A DNA stretch of 53,991 nucleotides. Source: Bacillota bacterium. GTDB taxonomy: Bacteria; Bacillota; Dethiobacteria; DTU022; UBA8154. The stretch covers positions 1-53,991 of the forward strand of contig DUNV01000125.1 of NCBI GenBank assembly GCA_012839215.1. Reading direction: 5' to 3'. The notes under the pieces are model-generated. The model worked only from the letters and a program-made list of their open reading frames with translations. It did no database searches and was not told where the DNA came from. Both the position numbers and the translations under genes were made by a program. Below, piece after piece: positions 38,777-49,910 of the stretch. Position 1 is the first letter of the stretch. Each line of letters opens with the position of its first letter.

Positions 38777-38801
38777 CTTTTATTTGGAGGTTTTTATTTT
38801 T

Positions 38802-40181
38802 ATGGACGAGCACCTGGCAGAAATTTGGCGTTCCTTCCTTTCTGAGATGGAAAATATGCTAAGTAAACCCAGTTTCGAGACATGGTTAAAAACAACACGT
38901 CCTCTGGATCTGAAAGGTCAAAACCTAATCGTGGAGGTTCCCAACGAGTTTACTAAAAATTGGATACAGAATCATTACCAAAGCAATATTTCCAGGGTTC
39001 TGGAAAATATAGGAAATATAAAAATATATTTTGTCACTCCGCAAAAAAGTGAATTCGATGAAAAAAAGACAGCAGATACTGCTGGCTTTTTTCCCCCCAA
39101 GTACTTTAATCATTTGACAAAAGAGAGCCCCGCCCGTGTTAAAGATCTGTCCGGCATCTGCAAATGGCTCAATCCCAGGTATACCTTCGACAGCTTTGTT
39201 ATCGGGGGAAGCAATAGACTGGCCCATGCAGCATCCCTGGCTGTGGCCGAATCCCCCTCCAAAGCCTACAACCCTCTTTTTATTTATGGTGGAGCCGGCC
39301 TTGGAAAAACACACCTGATGCATGCTATTGGCCACTATGTTATTTCCAACAATACAAGCGAAAAAGTAGCATATCTCTCCTCGGAAAAGTTTATGAATCA
39401 TTTTATCAATGCCATTCGTGACAACAAAACAGTTGATTTTAGAAATAAATACAGAAATATCGATATTTTACTTATCGATGATATCCAGTTTTTGGCAGGA
39501 AAAGAGCAAACACAAGAGGAATTCTTTCATACGTTTAATGCACTTCATGAAAACAATAAACAAATCGTCATTTCCAGCGATAGGCCTCCCAAAGAAATTC
39601 CCACCTTGGAGGATCGCCTTCGTTCCCGTTTCGAATGGGGCCTCATTACTGATATCCAACCGCCTGATCTGGAAACAAGAATTGCCATTTTACGAAAGAA
39701 AAGCCTCCGTGAAAGTATCATCGTTCCCGATGATGTTCTCCTCTTTATTGCCCAGAAAATAGAAAAGAATATAAGGGAACTCGAAGGAGCATTAATCCGT
39801 ATCATTGCTCATAGTTCCCTGGAAGGCAAGCAAATCACCTTCTCCCTGGCTGAAGAAGCCCTTAAGGATTTCTTTTCCTCAGGAAAAAGTAAGAATATAT
39901 CGATCGACAAGATTATCCTAACAACTTCCAACTATTTTAAAATTAAAATGGAAGATATCAAATCCAAAAAAAGAACGCAAAATATTTCCTTTCCCAGGCA
40001 TATTGCCATGTACCTTAGCCGGGAACTGACGGATCTTCCCCTTCTAAAAATCGGCGACAAGTTTGGTGGAAAGGATCACTCCACTGTTATTCATGCCCAC
40101 AAAAAAATATTTAACGATCTTAAAAAAGATGAAAGTTTAAAGCGCACAATTAAAGAAATCAAAAACCTTTTATTTTTTTAA
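38802..40181 (+). CDS. dnaA: Chromosomal replication initiator DnaA
   Basis: Walker [16 protein letters not shown], Walker [17 protein letters not shown]-binding tail [14 protein letters not shown] 38802 follows GGAGG. The track start GTG 38748 sits inside a DnaA box. Confidence 0.96.
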   Translation: MDEHLAEIWRSFLSEMENMLSKPSFETWLKTTRPLDLKGQNLIVEVPNEFTKNWIQNHYQSNISRVLENIGNIKIYFVTPQKSEFDEKKTADTAGFFPPKYFNHLTKESPARVKDLSGICKWLNPRYTFDSFVIGGSNRLAHAASLAVAESPSKAYNPLFIYGGAGLGKTHLMHAIGHYVISNNTSEKVAYLSSEKFMNHFINAIRDNKTVDFRNKYRNIDILLIDDIQFLAGKEQTQEEFFHTFNALHENNKQIVISSDRPPKEIPTLEDRLRSRFEWGLITDIQPPDLETRIAILRKKSLRESIIVPDDVLLFIAQKIEKNIRELEGALIRIIAHSSLEGKQITFSLAEEALKDFFSSGKSKNISIDKIILTTSNYFKIKMEDIKSKKRTQNISFPRHIAMYLSRELTDLPLLKIGDKFGGKDHSTVIHAHKKIFNDLKKDESLKRTIKEIKNLLFF

Positions 40182-40188
40182 TAATTAA

Positions 40189-40400
40189 TGTGGATAACTA
40201 TGTTTATTGGATGCCAATATCATGTGGAAAAGTATCATTTTTTCTTCCAATTATTATAATCTGTTAACATGTTAATAATTAATCAGATCTTATCCACAAT
40301 ATTTTCCTTGCTTAAACCCTTATGCCATGCCTGTGGAGATCAATTCTCCACATATTCACAGAGTCTATTATTATTACTTTTTATATTAAAATATTAAATC
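40189..40400. other. oriC DnaA-box cluster 2 plus AT-rich unwinding region (dnaA-dnaN spacer)
   Basis: TGTGGATAA 40189-40197 and TTATCCACA 40290-40298 (both perfect). TGTGGAAAA 40223-40231 and TTCTCCACA 40344-40352 (1 mismatch each). TGTGGAGAT 40332-40340 (2 mismatches). Followed by an A/T-only run at 40378-40399. Confidence 0.85.
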
Positions 40401-40441
40401 CTAGTAGTTATTTGTTAACTAATTTTTAAGGGGGACAAGAA

Positions 40442-41596
40442 ATGCACATTATAGCCAAAAAAGATCTTCTCTTTGAAGTTTTTTCTGTCGTACAAAGGGC
40501 TCTTCCCGTCAGAACCCCTATGCCAATTCTCAAAGGGTTTCTTCTGGAGGCCAAAAAAGATGAATTTTTGGTTATTGCCAACAATCTTGAACTGGGTATC
40601 AGGGCAAAATTGGATGATCTGAAAATCATAAAGACGGGTCACGTTCTTATCCAGGAAAAGTTTGTGGATATCCTAAGACAACTGCCAGATCAATATGTAG
40701 AAATAGAAATGGACCCTGAAAGTTTAAGAATAGAAATATCCAGTGGCAAAAGCAATTTTTCTTTATACGGGATAGACCCTGATGAATACCCAGCCTTTAC
40801 TGATGAAAAAAAGTGGTCTTCCTGGACCTGTTTGCATTTTACCTCCAAAGAATTTTTAAATATCTTAAAAAAGGTTACCTTTGCTGTTTCCCAGGATGAG
40901 AGCAAACCGGCTTTTAAGGGAATTTTACTGGAATTGTTAGCGGATGAAAAAATCCTTTATGCTTTGGCTACAGATACCTATCGCTTGGCTCTTTATGAAA
41001 AAGAATATATAATAGAGAGTGGGGTTAAGCCATTTAGATTGTTGGTCCCCGGAAAGGTACTAATTGAGATAGCAAAGGTTATCGAGGATTCCGGTGACGA
41101 AATCAAATGTTATTTTGAGGAAAATGAACTAATTATCTGCTATAAAAACTTTATTTTTTCCAGCAGGCTTCTCAGTGACAGATATCCTGATTTAAAAAAT
41201 GTTTTTCCTGCCTCCCAATCCACAACCATATGGGTCAATACTGAAATGATGATAAAAATGGTTCAAAGAGCAACACTTTTATCATCAGGCCCCAGTCAAA
41301 TGATCACGCTGAGGATAGATGATGAGTTTATCAAGATCAGTGCAGCATCAGAATTGGGTATAATGAACGAGGAACTCCTCCTTGAAAATAAAAAAGGGGA
41401 AAATCTTGATGAAATTTTCCTCAATGCCAAATATTTTCTTGATTTTCTGAGAAACTTCGATGATGATGTTGCCCACATTGAATTTAATGGATCAGTGGGA
41501 CCCTGTATATTTTTACAAGATAAAAGAAAGGGGGATAACCCTTTTCTCTATCGTTACCTGGTACTGCCTATCAAAACGGAAAAAAATGTTCTCTAA
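40442..41596 (+). CDS. dnaN: DNA polymerase III beta sliding clamp
   Basis: 384 aa in canonical position after dnaA. N-terminus KKDLLFEVFSVVQRALPVRTPMPILKG and C-terminal LVLPIK-type ending. SD AAGGGGG. Confidence 0.93.
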   Translation: MHIIAKKDLLFEVFSVVQRALPVRTPMPILKGFLLEAKKDEFLVIANNLELGIRAKLDDLKIIKTGHVLIQEKFVDILRQLPDQYVEIEMDPESLRIEISSGKSNFSLYGIDPDEYPAFTDEKKWSSWTCLHFTSKEFLNILKKVTFAVSQDESKPAFKGILLELLADEKILYALATDTYRLALYEKEYIIESGVKPFRLLVPGKVLIEIAKVIEDSGDEIKCYFEENELIICYKNFIFSSRLLSDRYPDLKNVFPASQSTTIWVNTEMMIKMVQRATLLSSGPSQMITLRIDDEFIKISAASELGIMNEELLLENKKGENLDEIFLNAKYFLDFLRNFDDDVAHIEFNGSVGPCIFLQDKRKGDNPFLYRYLVLPIKTEKNVL

Positions 41597-41623
41597 TAAT
41601 AATTTACCTAAGGGGTGCCCTGT

Positions 41624-42763
41624 TTGTTTATCAAGGATCTGCAGCTGACAAATTTCCGCAATTTTAGAAAGGAAATGGTCCGTTTTAAGCCAGGGCTTAC
41701 CATCCTGCAAGGTGCCAATGCACAAGGTAAAAGCAATCTTCTAGAGGCCATCTACCATCTTTGTTTGGGAAAGTCCTTTCGTGCTTTCAGAGAGAGCGAT
41801 ATGATCCTTTGGAACAAGCCATATTATTTTTTACAGGGAAATATTGTTTTTAAAAACAGGATACATAAGGTGGAAATAGGCTACGAGGTTGGGAAAAGGC
41901 GAAAAGTTTGCAAAATTAACGGTATTTTATTGCAAAAAGGGGAAGATTTTGATTTTTGCCCTGTTGTCTTTTTTTCCCCGGATGATCTCGATCTCATTAA
42001 ACGTGGCCCTGAAGAACGCCGGGGCTTTCTCGATAGAGAAATAGGACAACTTAGCGCTTTTTATCGCGATTGTTTACAAAGATATAAAAAAGCCTTGCGT
42101 CAAAAAAATAGTCTGTTAAAAATTAATAAGCTGAAAAAAAAGGTTGACAGGGGACTTTTTACACCCTGGAATAAACAGATTATCTACTTTGGTAGCCGCA
42201 TTCTACAACAGAGGGCCCGTCTTCTTTCCATTTGGGGCCAGTTTGCCGCAAAAAATTTTGCGCATCTCTTTGGACAAGGAAAAAACAGTACCTTGATGCT
42301 GGAATATCACCCGGGTGTTACCATCGATCCGGAAATAATGAATAATCTTCAAGAGATCGAAAACGAAATGGCCCTGCAAATTGATAGAGCGACACATCAG
42401 GAAAGTGAAAAGGGTTTTTCCCTCGTTGGTATTCATAAAGATGATTTTACTTTTTTATTGGGTGGAAAGGAAGCCAAGCGATTTGCTTCCCAAGGGCAAC
42501 AAAGAAGTGCCATTATCTCCCTTAAAGCCGCCCAAATTCAATTTTACAGCAAAAATTACGAAAAACCTATTTTTATCTTGGATGATATTTTTTCTGAGTT
42601 GGATTACACGAGAAGAAAACAATGTATTGCCCTTTTCCAGGAGGCCCAGCAGATTTTTATTACCCATACCCTGCATGAAGTCTTGAAAGATAGTTTTTTA
42701 AACCAAAAGGCTCCTTACTCGCTTTTAAAAATAAACGAGGGCAGGATAGAAACCGTTCACTAA
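41624..42763 (+). CDS. recF: DNA replication and repair protein RecF
   Basis: Walker A GANAQGKSNLLEAI, signature SQGQQRS, Walker B ILDDIFSELD. TTG 41624 (AAGGGG 8 nt upstream) is preferred over GTG 41615. Confidence 0.93.
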   Translation: MFIKDLQLTNFRNFRKEMVRFKPGLTILQGANAQGKSNLLEAIYHLCLGKSFRAFRESDMILWNKPYYFLQGNIVFKNRIHKVEIGYEVGKRRKVCKINGILLQKGEDFDFCPVVFFSPDDLDLIKRGPEERRGFLDREIGQLSAFYRDCLQRYKKALRQKNSLLKINKLKKKVDRGLFTPWNKQIIYFGSRILQQRARLLSIWGQFAAKNFAHLFGQGKNSTLMLEYHPGVTIDPEIMNNLQEIENEMALQIDRATHQESEKGFSLVGIHKDDFTFLLGGKEAKRFASQGQQRSAIISLKAAQIQFYSKNYEKPIFILDDIFSELDYTRRKQCIALFQEAQQIFITHTLHEVLKDSFLNQKAPYSLLKINEGRIETVH

Positions 42764-42794
42764 AAGATAGTTGTAGACTGGGTGTGACTGCTAC

Positions 42795-43724
42795 ATGGAC
42801 AAATTTGCACAGGCAATGGAGTCTTATTTAGATAAGATTGGTATAAAGGAACAGTTGAGGCAAAAAAAATGGCTGCAAAAATGGCCGGATGTAGTTGGCA
42901 AACATATTTGCCGCTATGCCCATCCCCTATTTTTAAAAAAAGGTGTGCTTTGGGTTGAGGTAAGTGATAGCAATTGGTTATACCATTTGACAACACTACA
43001 GCCCAAAATAATAGCCGATTATAATAAAATCATCGGTTCAGATATTATTAAAAGCATGAAGATGATCAATGCCGGGAACATCAAACGGGCGCAGGAAAAC
43101 GGGGGATCCTCACTAAATAAAATAGAACCTTACCCGGTTGAGCCAAACAGAAAAAAAATATTGCTTAATCTACACGAAAGAAACAGGATATCTAACCTTG
43201 TCAGGTCGGCGCCCTCCTCCTACCGTGATAGATTTTGCAATCTCTTAAATCATTTCTATCTGCAGCAAAAGGCCAGGCTCGAATCAGGCGCCATCCCCTG
43301 CCGGATATGTGGACTGCCTTGTTATGAAAGCGAGATGAACAGTAAACTTTGCCCCATCTGTTATCGACAGGCTTTAGGTTGGATAGAAACCCTAAAAACA
43401 TTTTTTCATAAAAGGCCCTGGCTTTCCTTCACAAAGCTCAGTAAAGAGATTAATTATTTTCCCGGCGAGGAATTATTTAAATTCTGCAAGGAAAAAATTA
43501 GAAAAGATTGTTTTGATAGAATCATGAAATTTGTTGATGATGAAGGATTACAGGCAGGAGATCATGAAAACATTTTAAAAAGGTTACTCTTGCGTTATAT
43601 TGTTTTTGTCAGTGAAAAAGAACCTGCGCTGATCCAACCAGAGGACGAATTTCGGGCACTGAGGGATTTTGGTGGTTTGTTTAATAATTTAAGACTGGGA
43701 AAAACTGAGCATAATAATCTTTGA
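42795..43724 (+). CDS. DUF721 (DciA/COG5512-like) domain protein, long form with internal CxxC-x12-CxxC zinc ribbon
   Basis: N-terminal about 95 aa (WPDVVGKHICRYAHPLFLKKGVLWVEVSDSNWLYHLTTLQPKIIADYN) looks like DUF721. Lies between recF and gyrB as usual. CRICGLPCYESEMNSKLCPICY occurs in a 210-aa extension. Confidence 0.65.
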   Translation: MDKFAQAMESYLDKIGIKEQLRQKKWLQKWPDVVGKHICRYAHPLFLKKGVLWVEVSDSNWLYHLTTLQPKIIADYNKIIGSDIIKSMKMINAGNIKRAQENGGSSLNKIEPYPVEPNRKKILLNLHERNRISNLVRSAPSSYRDRFCNLLNHFYLQQKARLESGAIPCRICGLPCYESEMNSKLCPICYRQALGWIETLKTFFHKRPWLSFTKLSKEINYFPGEELFKFCKEKIRKDCFDRIMKFVDDEGLQAGDHENILKRLLLRYIVFVSEKEPALIQPEDEFRALRDFGGLFNNLRLGKTEHNNL

Positions 43725-43763
43725 TATCTGCAAACACAAAAACTGTTTTGCTGGAGGGGTAAA

Positions 43764-44009
43764 ATGTATTTACATATTGGTAACTCAAAAGTTATTTCCA
43801 TGGATGAGATAATTGGCATCTTTAGCATGGAGTTAAAAGACAATCTGACGAATAAGATGTTTTTGCAAAGTTTTCCCGGTGGAAATCTGGGCAGCAAGGG
43901 GGAACAAAGCCGTAATTCGTTCATTATTACCACTGAAAAGGTTTGTTATTCCCCAATTTCGCCCTTGACTTTACAGAAAAGAGTAAACAAAATGATTGTT
44001 AATGATTAG
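43764..44009 (+). CDS. remB: RemB/YaaB-like DUF370 small protein
   Basis: 81 aa. MYLHIGNSKVISMDEIIGIF ... YSPISPLTLQKRV parallels B. subtilis YaaB (RemB) in sequence, length and position before gyrB. SD GGAGGGG. Confidence 0.8.
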   Translation: MYLHIGNSKVISMDEIIGIFSMELKDNLTNKMFLQSFPGGNLGSKGEQSRNSFIITTEKVCYSPISPLTLQKRVNKMIVND

Positions 44010-45965
<1,956 letters not shown>

Positions 45966-45995
45966 TAAAAACTATATAGGGAAGGTTTTTGAGTT

Positions 45996-48440
45996 ATGCC
46001 CGAAGAAAAAATTCAATCTATTGCCCTTCATGAAGAAGTAAAAAGTTCATTTTTAGACTATGCCATGAGCGTGATCGTCAGCCGTGCATTGCCCGATGTG
46101 CGGGATGGACTCAAACCGGTACACCGGCGCATTCTTTACGCCATGCAGGATCTGGGCCTTACTCCTGACAAATCGCATAAAAAATCTGCCCGTCTGGTAG
46201 GTGAAGTGCTGGGAAAATACCATCCCCACGGAGATACAGCTGTTTACGATGCCATGGTGCGCATGGCCCAGGATTTTAACAGCCGCTACCCCCTAGTCGA
46301 TGGGCAGGGCAACTATGGTTCCATGGATGGGGATGCCGCGGCGGCCATGCGTTATACAGAAACTAGGCTGACGCCCCTGGCCATGGAGATGTTAAGGGAT
46401 CTGGACAAGGAAACTGTCGATTTTGGTTTAAATTTCGATGAATCCCTGCGGGAACCTGTCGTTTTGCCCTCACGTTTTCCTAATCTTCTGGCCAATGGTT
46501 CGTCGGGTATTGCTGTAGGCATGGCCACAAATATACCGCCACATAATCTTACGGAAACCATTGATGCCATTAATGCCATTATAGAAAATCCGGATATCTC
46601 CATAGGGGAACTCCTTACGCATATCAAGGGCCCCGATTTTCCCACGGGGGGTATCATTCTTGGCCTAAAAGGCATTGAAAAGGCCTATACAACTGGTCGT
46701 GGAACCATCAAGATGAGGGGTAAGACGGTCATTGAAAAAACCAAGGAAGGCCGTGATAGGCTGCTGATCACGGAGATACCTTTTCAGCAAAATAAAGCCA
46801 GATTAATGGAAAGGATAGCCAACCTGGCTAGGGAGAAAAAAATTGATGGCCTGGCGGAACTAAGGGATGAATCGGATCGTGATGGGGTCAGAATTGTAAT
46901 GGAACTACGCAAGGGCGCCAATCCCCGGATCATCCTCAACAGGCTCTATAAATTTACCCCGCTGCAACAAAGTTTTGGTATAATTTTTTTGGCGCTCATC
47001 GATGGAAAACCGAAAATTTTCAACCTCAAAGAGATGCTCAGCGCCTACCTCGGGCACCAGAAAGAAATTGTGACGAGGCGTTCTATCTTTTTGCTACGCA
47101 AGGCTAAAGACAGGGCACATATTGTCGAGGGTTTGCGCATTGCGCTGGATAATCTGGATCGTATTATTGCCTTGATTCGGGGCTCTGCCGATGTAAGCAG
47201 TGCCCGCCAGGGTCTGATGCAGGAATTTGATCTAAGCGAAAAACAGGCACAGGCCATTCTGGATATGCGTTTGCAAAGGCTGACGGCACTTGAACGTCAA
47301 AAACTCGATGAAGAATATCGTTCACTGATGGAGGAAATTGCCTACCTAGAGGCGCTTCTCTCCGATGAGACGCTTATTTTAAGGGAAATCAAGAGGGATC
47401 TCTCAGAAGTTAGAGAAAAATTTGGTGATCAAAGAAAAACAAAAATTGTGCCCGATGAAGGGGAAATCGATCTGGAGGATCTAATCCCCGAGGAAAATGT
47501 TGTCATTACGCTGACTAACCAGGGCTATGTAAAAAGAATTCTTTTGTCAACCTACCGCAGCCAACATAGGGGTGGCCGGGGGATGATGGCCCATGGAATT
47601 CGCGACGGCGACTTTGTGGAACATGTTTTCGTCTCTTCGACGAGGGATCAATTGCTGTGTTTTAGCAGCAGTGGCAAAGTCTATCCCATCAAGGTTTATG
47701 AGATTCCGGAGGCAGGGCGCCTGGCCAAGGGAACAGCCATTATTAATCTTCTTCCCCTGGAAAGCGGTGAATACATCACAGCTGTGTTTATGCTGGCAAA
47801 ATATGGGGAAAAGGACTTCATTATTATGGCCACGCAAAAAGGGATCGTTAAGAAGACCCGCCTCAGTGAATATGCGCAGGCACGACGTTCCGGACTTATT
47901 GCCCTGGCACTGAAAGAAAATGATGAGCTAATTTCCGTAAAACATATCCGGGAAGGAATACCCGAAGCAAGTGATGATGTCGATGTCCTGCTGGCTACGG
48001 CCAAGGGCCAGTTGATCCGTTTTTCAGAGGAGCAACTGCGCCCCCTGGGCAGAACGGCCCAGGGTGTCAAAGGTATCACTCTCAACGATGATGATCAGGT
48101 AGTTAGCATGAACCTTGTTTCTGGCCAGGATGTAAAACTTCTTTTGGCAACAGAAAAGGGATTTGGAAAACGGACCAGGGTTGATGAATTTCGCGCGCAA
48201 AACCGGGGTGGCAAGGGAACTATTGCCCTCAGAACCAGCGAGGTAACGGGTTCCTTATGCGGAGTTCATCTGGTGACGGAAAAAGAGGAGTTTATTATTA
48301 TTAGTGCCCGGGGGAATATCATCCGGGGAAAAGTTTCCCAGGTGCCCATTCAGGGCCGCTATGCCCGGGGGGTTACCCTGATTCGGCTGTCCCCGGAGGA
48401 TAAGGTGGGTAATATCGCTGTTCTTTCCAGGGAACAATGA
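45996..48440 (+). CDS. gyrA: DNA gyrase subunit A
   Basis: [20 protein letters not shown], active-site Tyr context AAAMRYTE, C-terminal beta-pinwheel repeats. Confidence 0.97.
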   Translation: MPEEKIQSIALHEEVKSSFLDYAMSVIVSRALPDVRDGLKPVHRRILYAMQDLGLTPDKSHKKSARLVGEVLGKYHPHGDTAVYDAMVRMAQDFNSRYPLVDGQGNYGSMDGDAAAAMRYTETRLTPLAMEMLRDLDKETVDFGLNFDESLREPVVLPSRFPNLLANGSSGIAVGMATNIPPHNLTETIDAINAIIENPDISIGELLTHIKGPDFPTGGIILGLKGIEKAYTTGRGTIKMRGKTVIEKTKEGRDRLLITEIPFQQNKARLMERIANLAREKKIDGLAELRDESDRDGVRIVMELRKGANPRIILNRLYKFTPLQQSFGIIFLALIDGKPKIFNLKEMLSAYLGHQKEIVTRRSIFLLRKAKDRAHIVEGLRIALDNLDRIIALIRGSADVSSARQGLMQEFDLSEKQAQAILDMRLQRLTALERQKLDEEYRSLMEEIAYLEALLSDETLILREIKRDLSEVREKFGDQRKTKIVPDEGEIDLEDLIPEENVVITLTNQGYVKRILLSTYRSQHRGGRGMMAHGIRDGDFVEHVFVSSTRDQLLCFSSSGKVYPIKVYEIPEAGRLAKGTAIINLLPLESGEYITAVFMLAKYGEKDFIIMATQKGIVKKTRLSEYAQARRSGLIALALKENDELISVKHIREGIPEASDDVDVLLATAKGQLIRFSEEQLRPLGRTAQGVKGITLNDDDQVVSMNLVSGQDVKLLLATEKGFGKRTRVDEFRAQNRGGKGTIALRTSEVTGSLCGVHLVTEKEEFIIISARGNIIRGKVSQVPIQGRYARGVTLIRLSPEDKVGNIAVLSREQ

Positions 48441-48467
48441 TCCGCCCATAGCGAGGGGGAAAAAATA

Positions 48468-49823
48468 ATGTTGCGGTTAAAAGGCACCTCAGCGGCAGTG
48501 ACACTGTTGCTGATTCTTTTTATTACTATCTTTTTTATTTCCCAGGTTGCCTTGCAAAAAAATGTGGAAATACCTATAGTTCCCCAGGGAGGGGACCTGG
48601 TAGTTATTGGCGGGACCACTGCCGCATTTATTGCCGCATTGGAAGGGGCTGGTGCGGGGGCACAAGTTTTTCTATTTCCCAATGGGGAGGAGCTGCTCGG
48701 GGACACAGCTTTTCTTGTTTCCGGGGGTTTGGCCGCCAGTTCAACCCCGCCCCAGTTTGAACAGGAAATTGTTTTTACGGCCGAGGATCTGGAAACAGCG
48801 CTTCGGGAGGCAGGCCAGGGAGTAGCTGATCCCCTGCTTTTGGAGGCCTTTACTGCCGAGGCGGATTTGTTATATGATTTGGCACTTTATTACGGCGGGG
48901 TCGATTTTAGCGATATTCCGGATGCACTAAAAAGACCCTATTTACATTTTGCCTCCCAGGCGGCTGCCGGACAAATATTTGGGGAACAGCTTCTTGAAAA
49001 GGCGGAAAAAACAGGCATAATCTTTCGCCCGGAAAAGGTACGGGAGATCCATTTTACACAGGGTGAAAATACAGATAGGATAGAACTAATTATTTTGGAA
49101 AACGATAAGAAGGAGACTTTTTGCTTTTATACACAAGGGGTTATCCTGGCCGATGGAGGCTATAGCGGCAACGTTTATCACCATCATAGATATCTTCCGC
49201 AGGGTAACCTTATTAGCCTGCGCCCCGGGCAAAAAGGCCGGGGGTTGGATCTGGCCATTGGGCTGGATGCCGATTTTCTGCAAACGGATTATCTTGGTAA
49301 AAAAATGTTATTATATAATCCATTGCAGGGCAATTACAAGGAGCTTCACCCCAAGAACCTCCAGGATACCCTTTTTTTTAATAGCAGGGGGCAGGTTTTA
49401 CCCGGGACCCACTCCCTGGAGGAAATTGCTGACTTTATTTTGGGATCGCCAAAGGATAGGGTTTTTATTTTAGCTCCTGAAGAAACCGCCCGGCAAAATA
49501 AGGCCTTTTTTCAGGAAAGCGCCACCCTGGAAGAACTGGCAAATCTGTATGGGCTGGGGGAGGACTCACCTTTTCCTTTACAAAATACATACTATGTATC
49601 TGTGGTAAAAATAGGTGTGGATTATACACCTGGCGGGCTCTCTGTTACCCCCCTTGGCGAAGTGAAAAAAGGGGATGGCCAAATTATCTTGGGGCTTTAT
49701 GCTGCCGGAGAAATTTCCGGGGGGCTGCACGGTGAGGGGATGCTTCCGGGGATGGCCCTCAGTGAAACTCTTTTCCTGGCCGGCCAGGCCGGTCGATCAG
49801 CGGCAGATTATGTCCGCCGTTAG
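48468..49823 (+). CDS. Membrane-anchored FAD_binding_2-like (fumarate reductase / flavocytochrome c flavoprotein-like) protein
   Basis: N-terminal TM AAVTLLLILFITIFFISQV. Rossmann-like DLVVIGGTTAAFIAALEGAGAG. C-terminal GLYAAGEISGGLHGEGMLPGMALSETLFLAGQAG is typical of the family. Confidence 0.6.
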   Translation: MLRLKGTSAAVTLLLILFITIFFISQVALQKNVEIPIVPQGGDLVVIGGTTAAFIAALEGAGAGAQVFLFPNGEELLGDTAFLVSGGLAASSTPPQFEQEIVFTAEDLETALREAGQGVADPLLLEAFTAEADLLYDLALYYGGVDFSDIPDALKRPYLHFASQAAAGQIFGEQLLEKAEKTGIIFRPEKVREIHFTQGENTDRIELIILENDKKETFCFYTQGVILADGGYSGNVYHHHRYLPQGNLISLRPGQKGRGLDLAIGLDADFLQTDYLGKKMLLYNPLQGNYKELHPKNLQDTLFFNSRGQVLPGTHSLEEIADFILGSPKDRVFILAPEETARQNKAFFQESATLEELANLYGLGEDSPFPLQNTYYVSVVKIGVDYTPGGLSVTPLGEVKKGDGQIILGLYAAGEISGGLHGEGMLPGMALSETLFLAGQAGRSAADYVRR

Positions 49824-49910
49824 GCGTAGCCACATCTTTTTTTTCTACCATCAATCAATATTAGTTTTGATATTGCCCATCTTTAATCATAGGCAAGGGA
49901 GGTAAACTGC

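Noticed and set aside
38748-38801. Upstream GTG start for dnaA, giving an 18-aa extension [18 protein letters not shown]
   Set aside because: The GTG lies inside a perfect DnaA box and has no SD. ATG 38802 follows GGAGG and gives a normal DnaA N-terminus.
38925-39401. 158-aa minus-strand ORF, plus other short ORFs inside dnaA, dnaN, gyrB and gyrA (for example 44948-45361 and 47696-48085)
   Set aside because: All are antisense or out of frame within confidently identified housekeeping genes.
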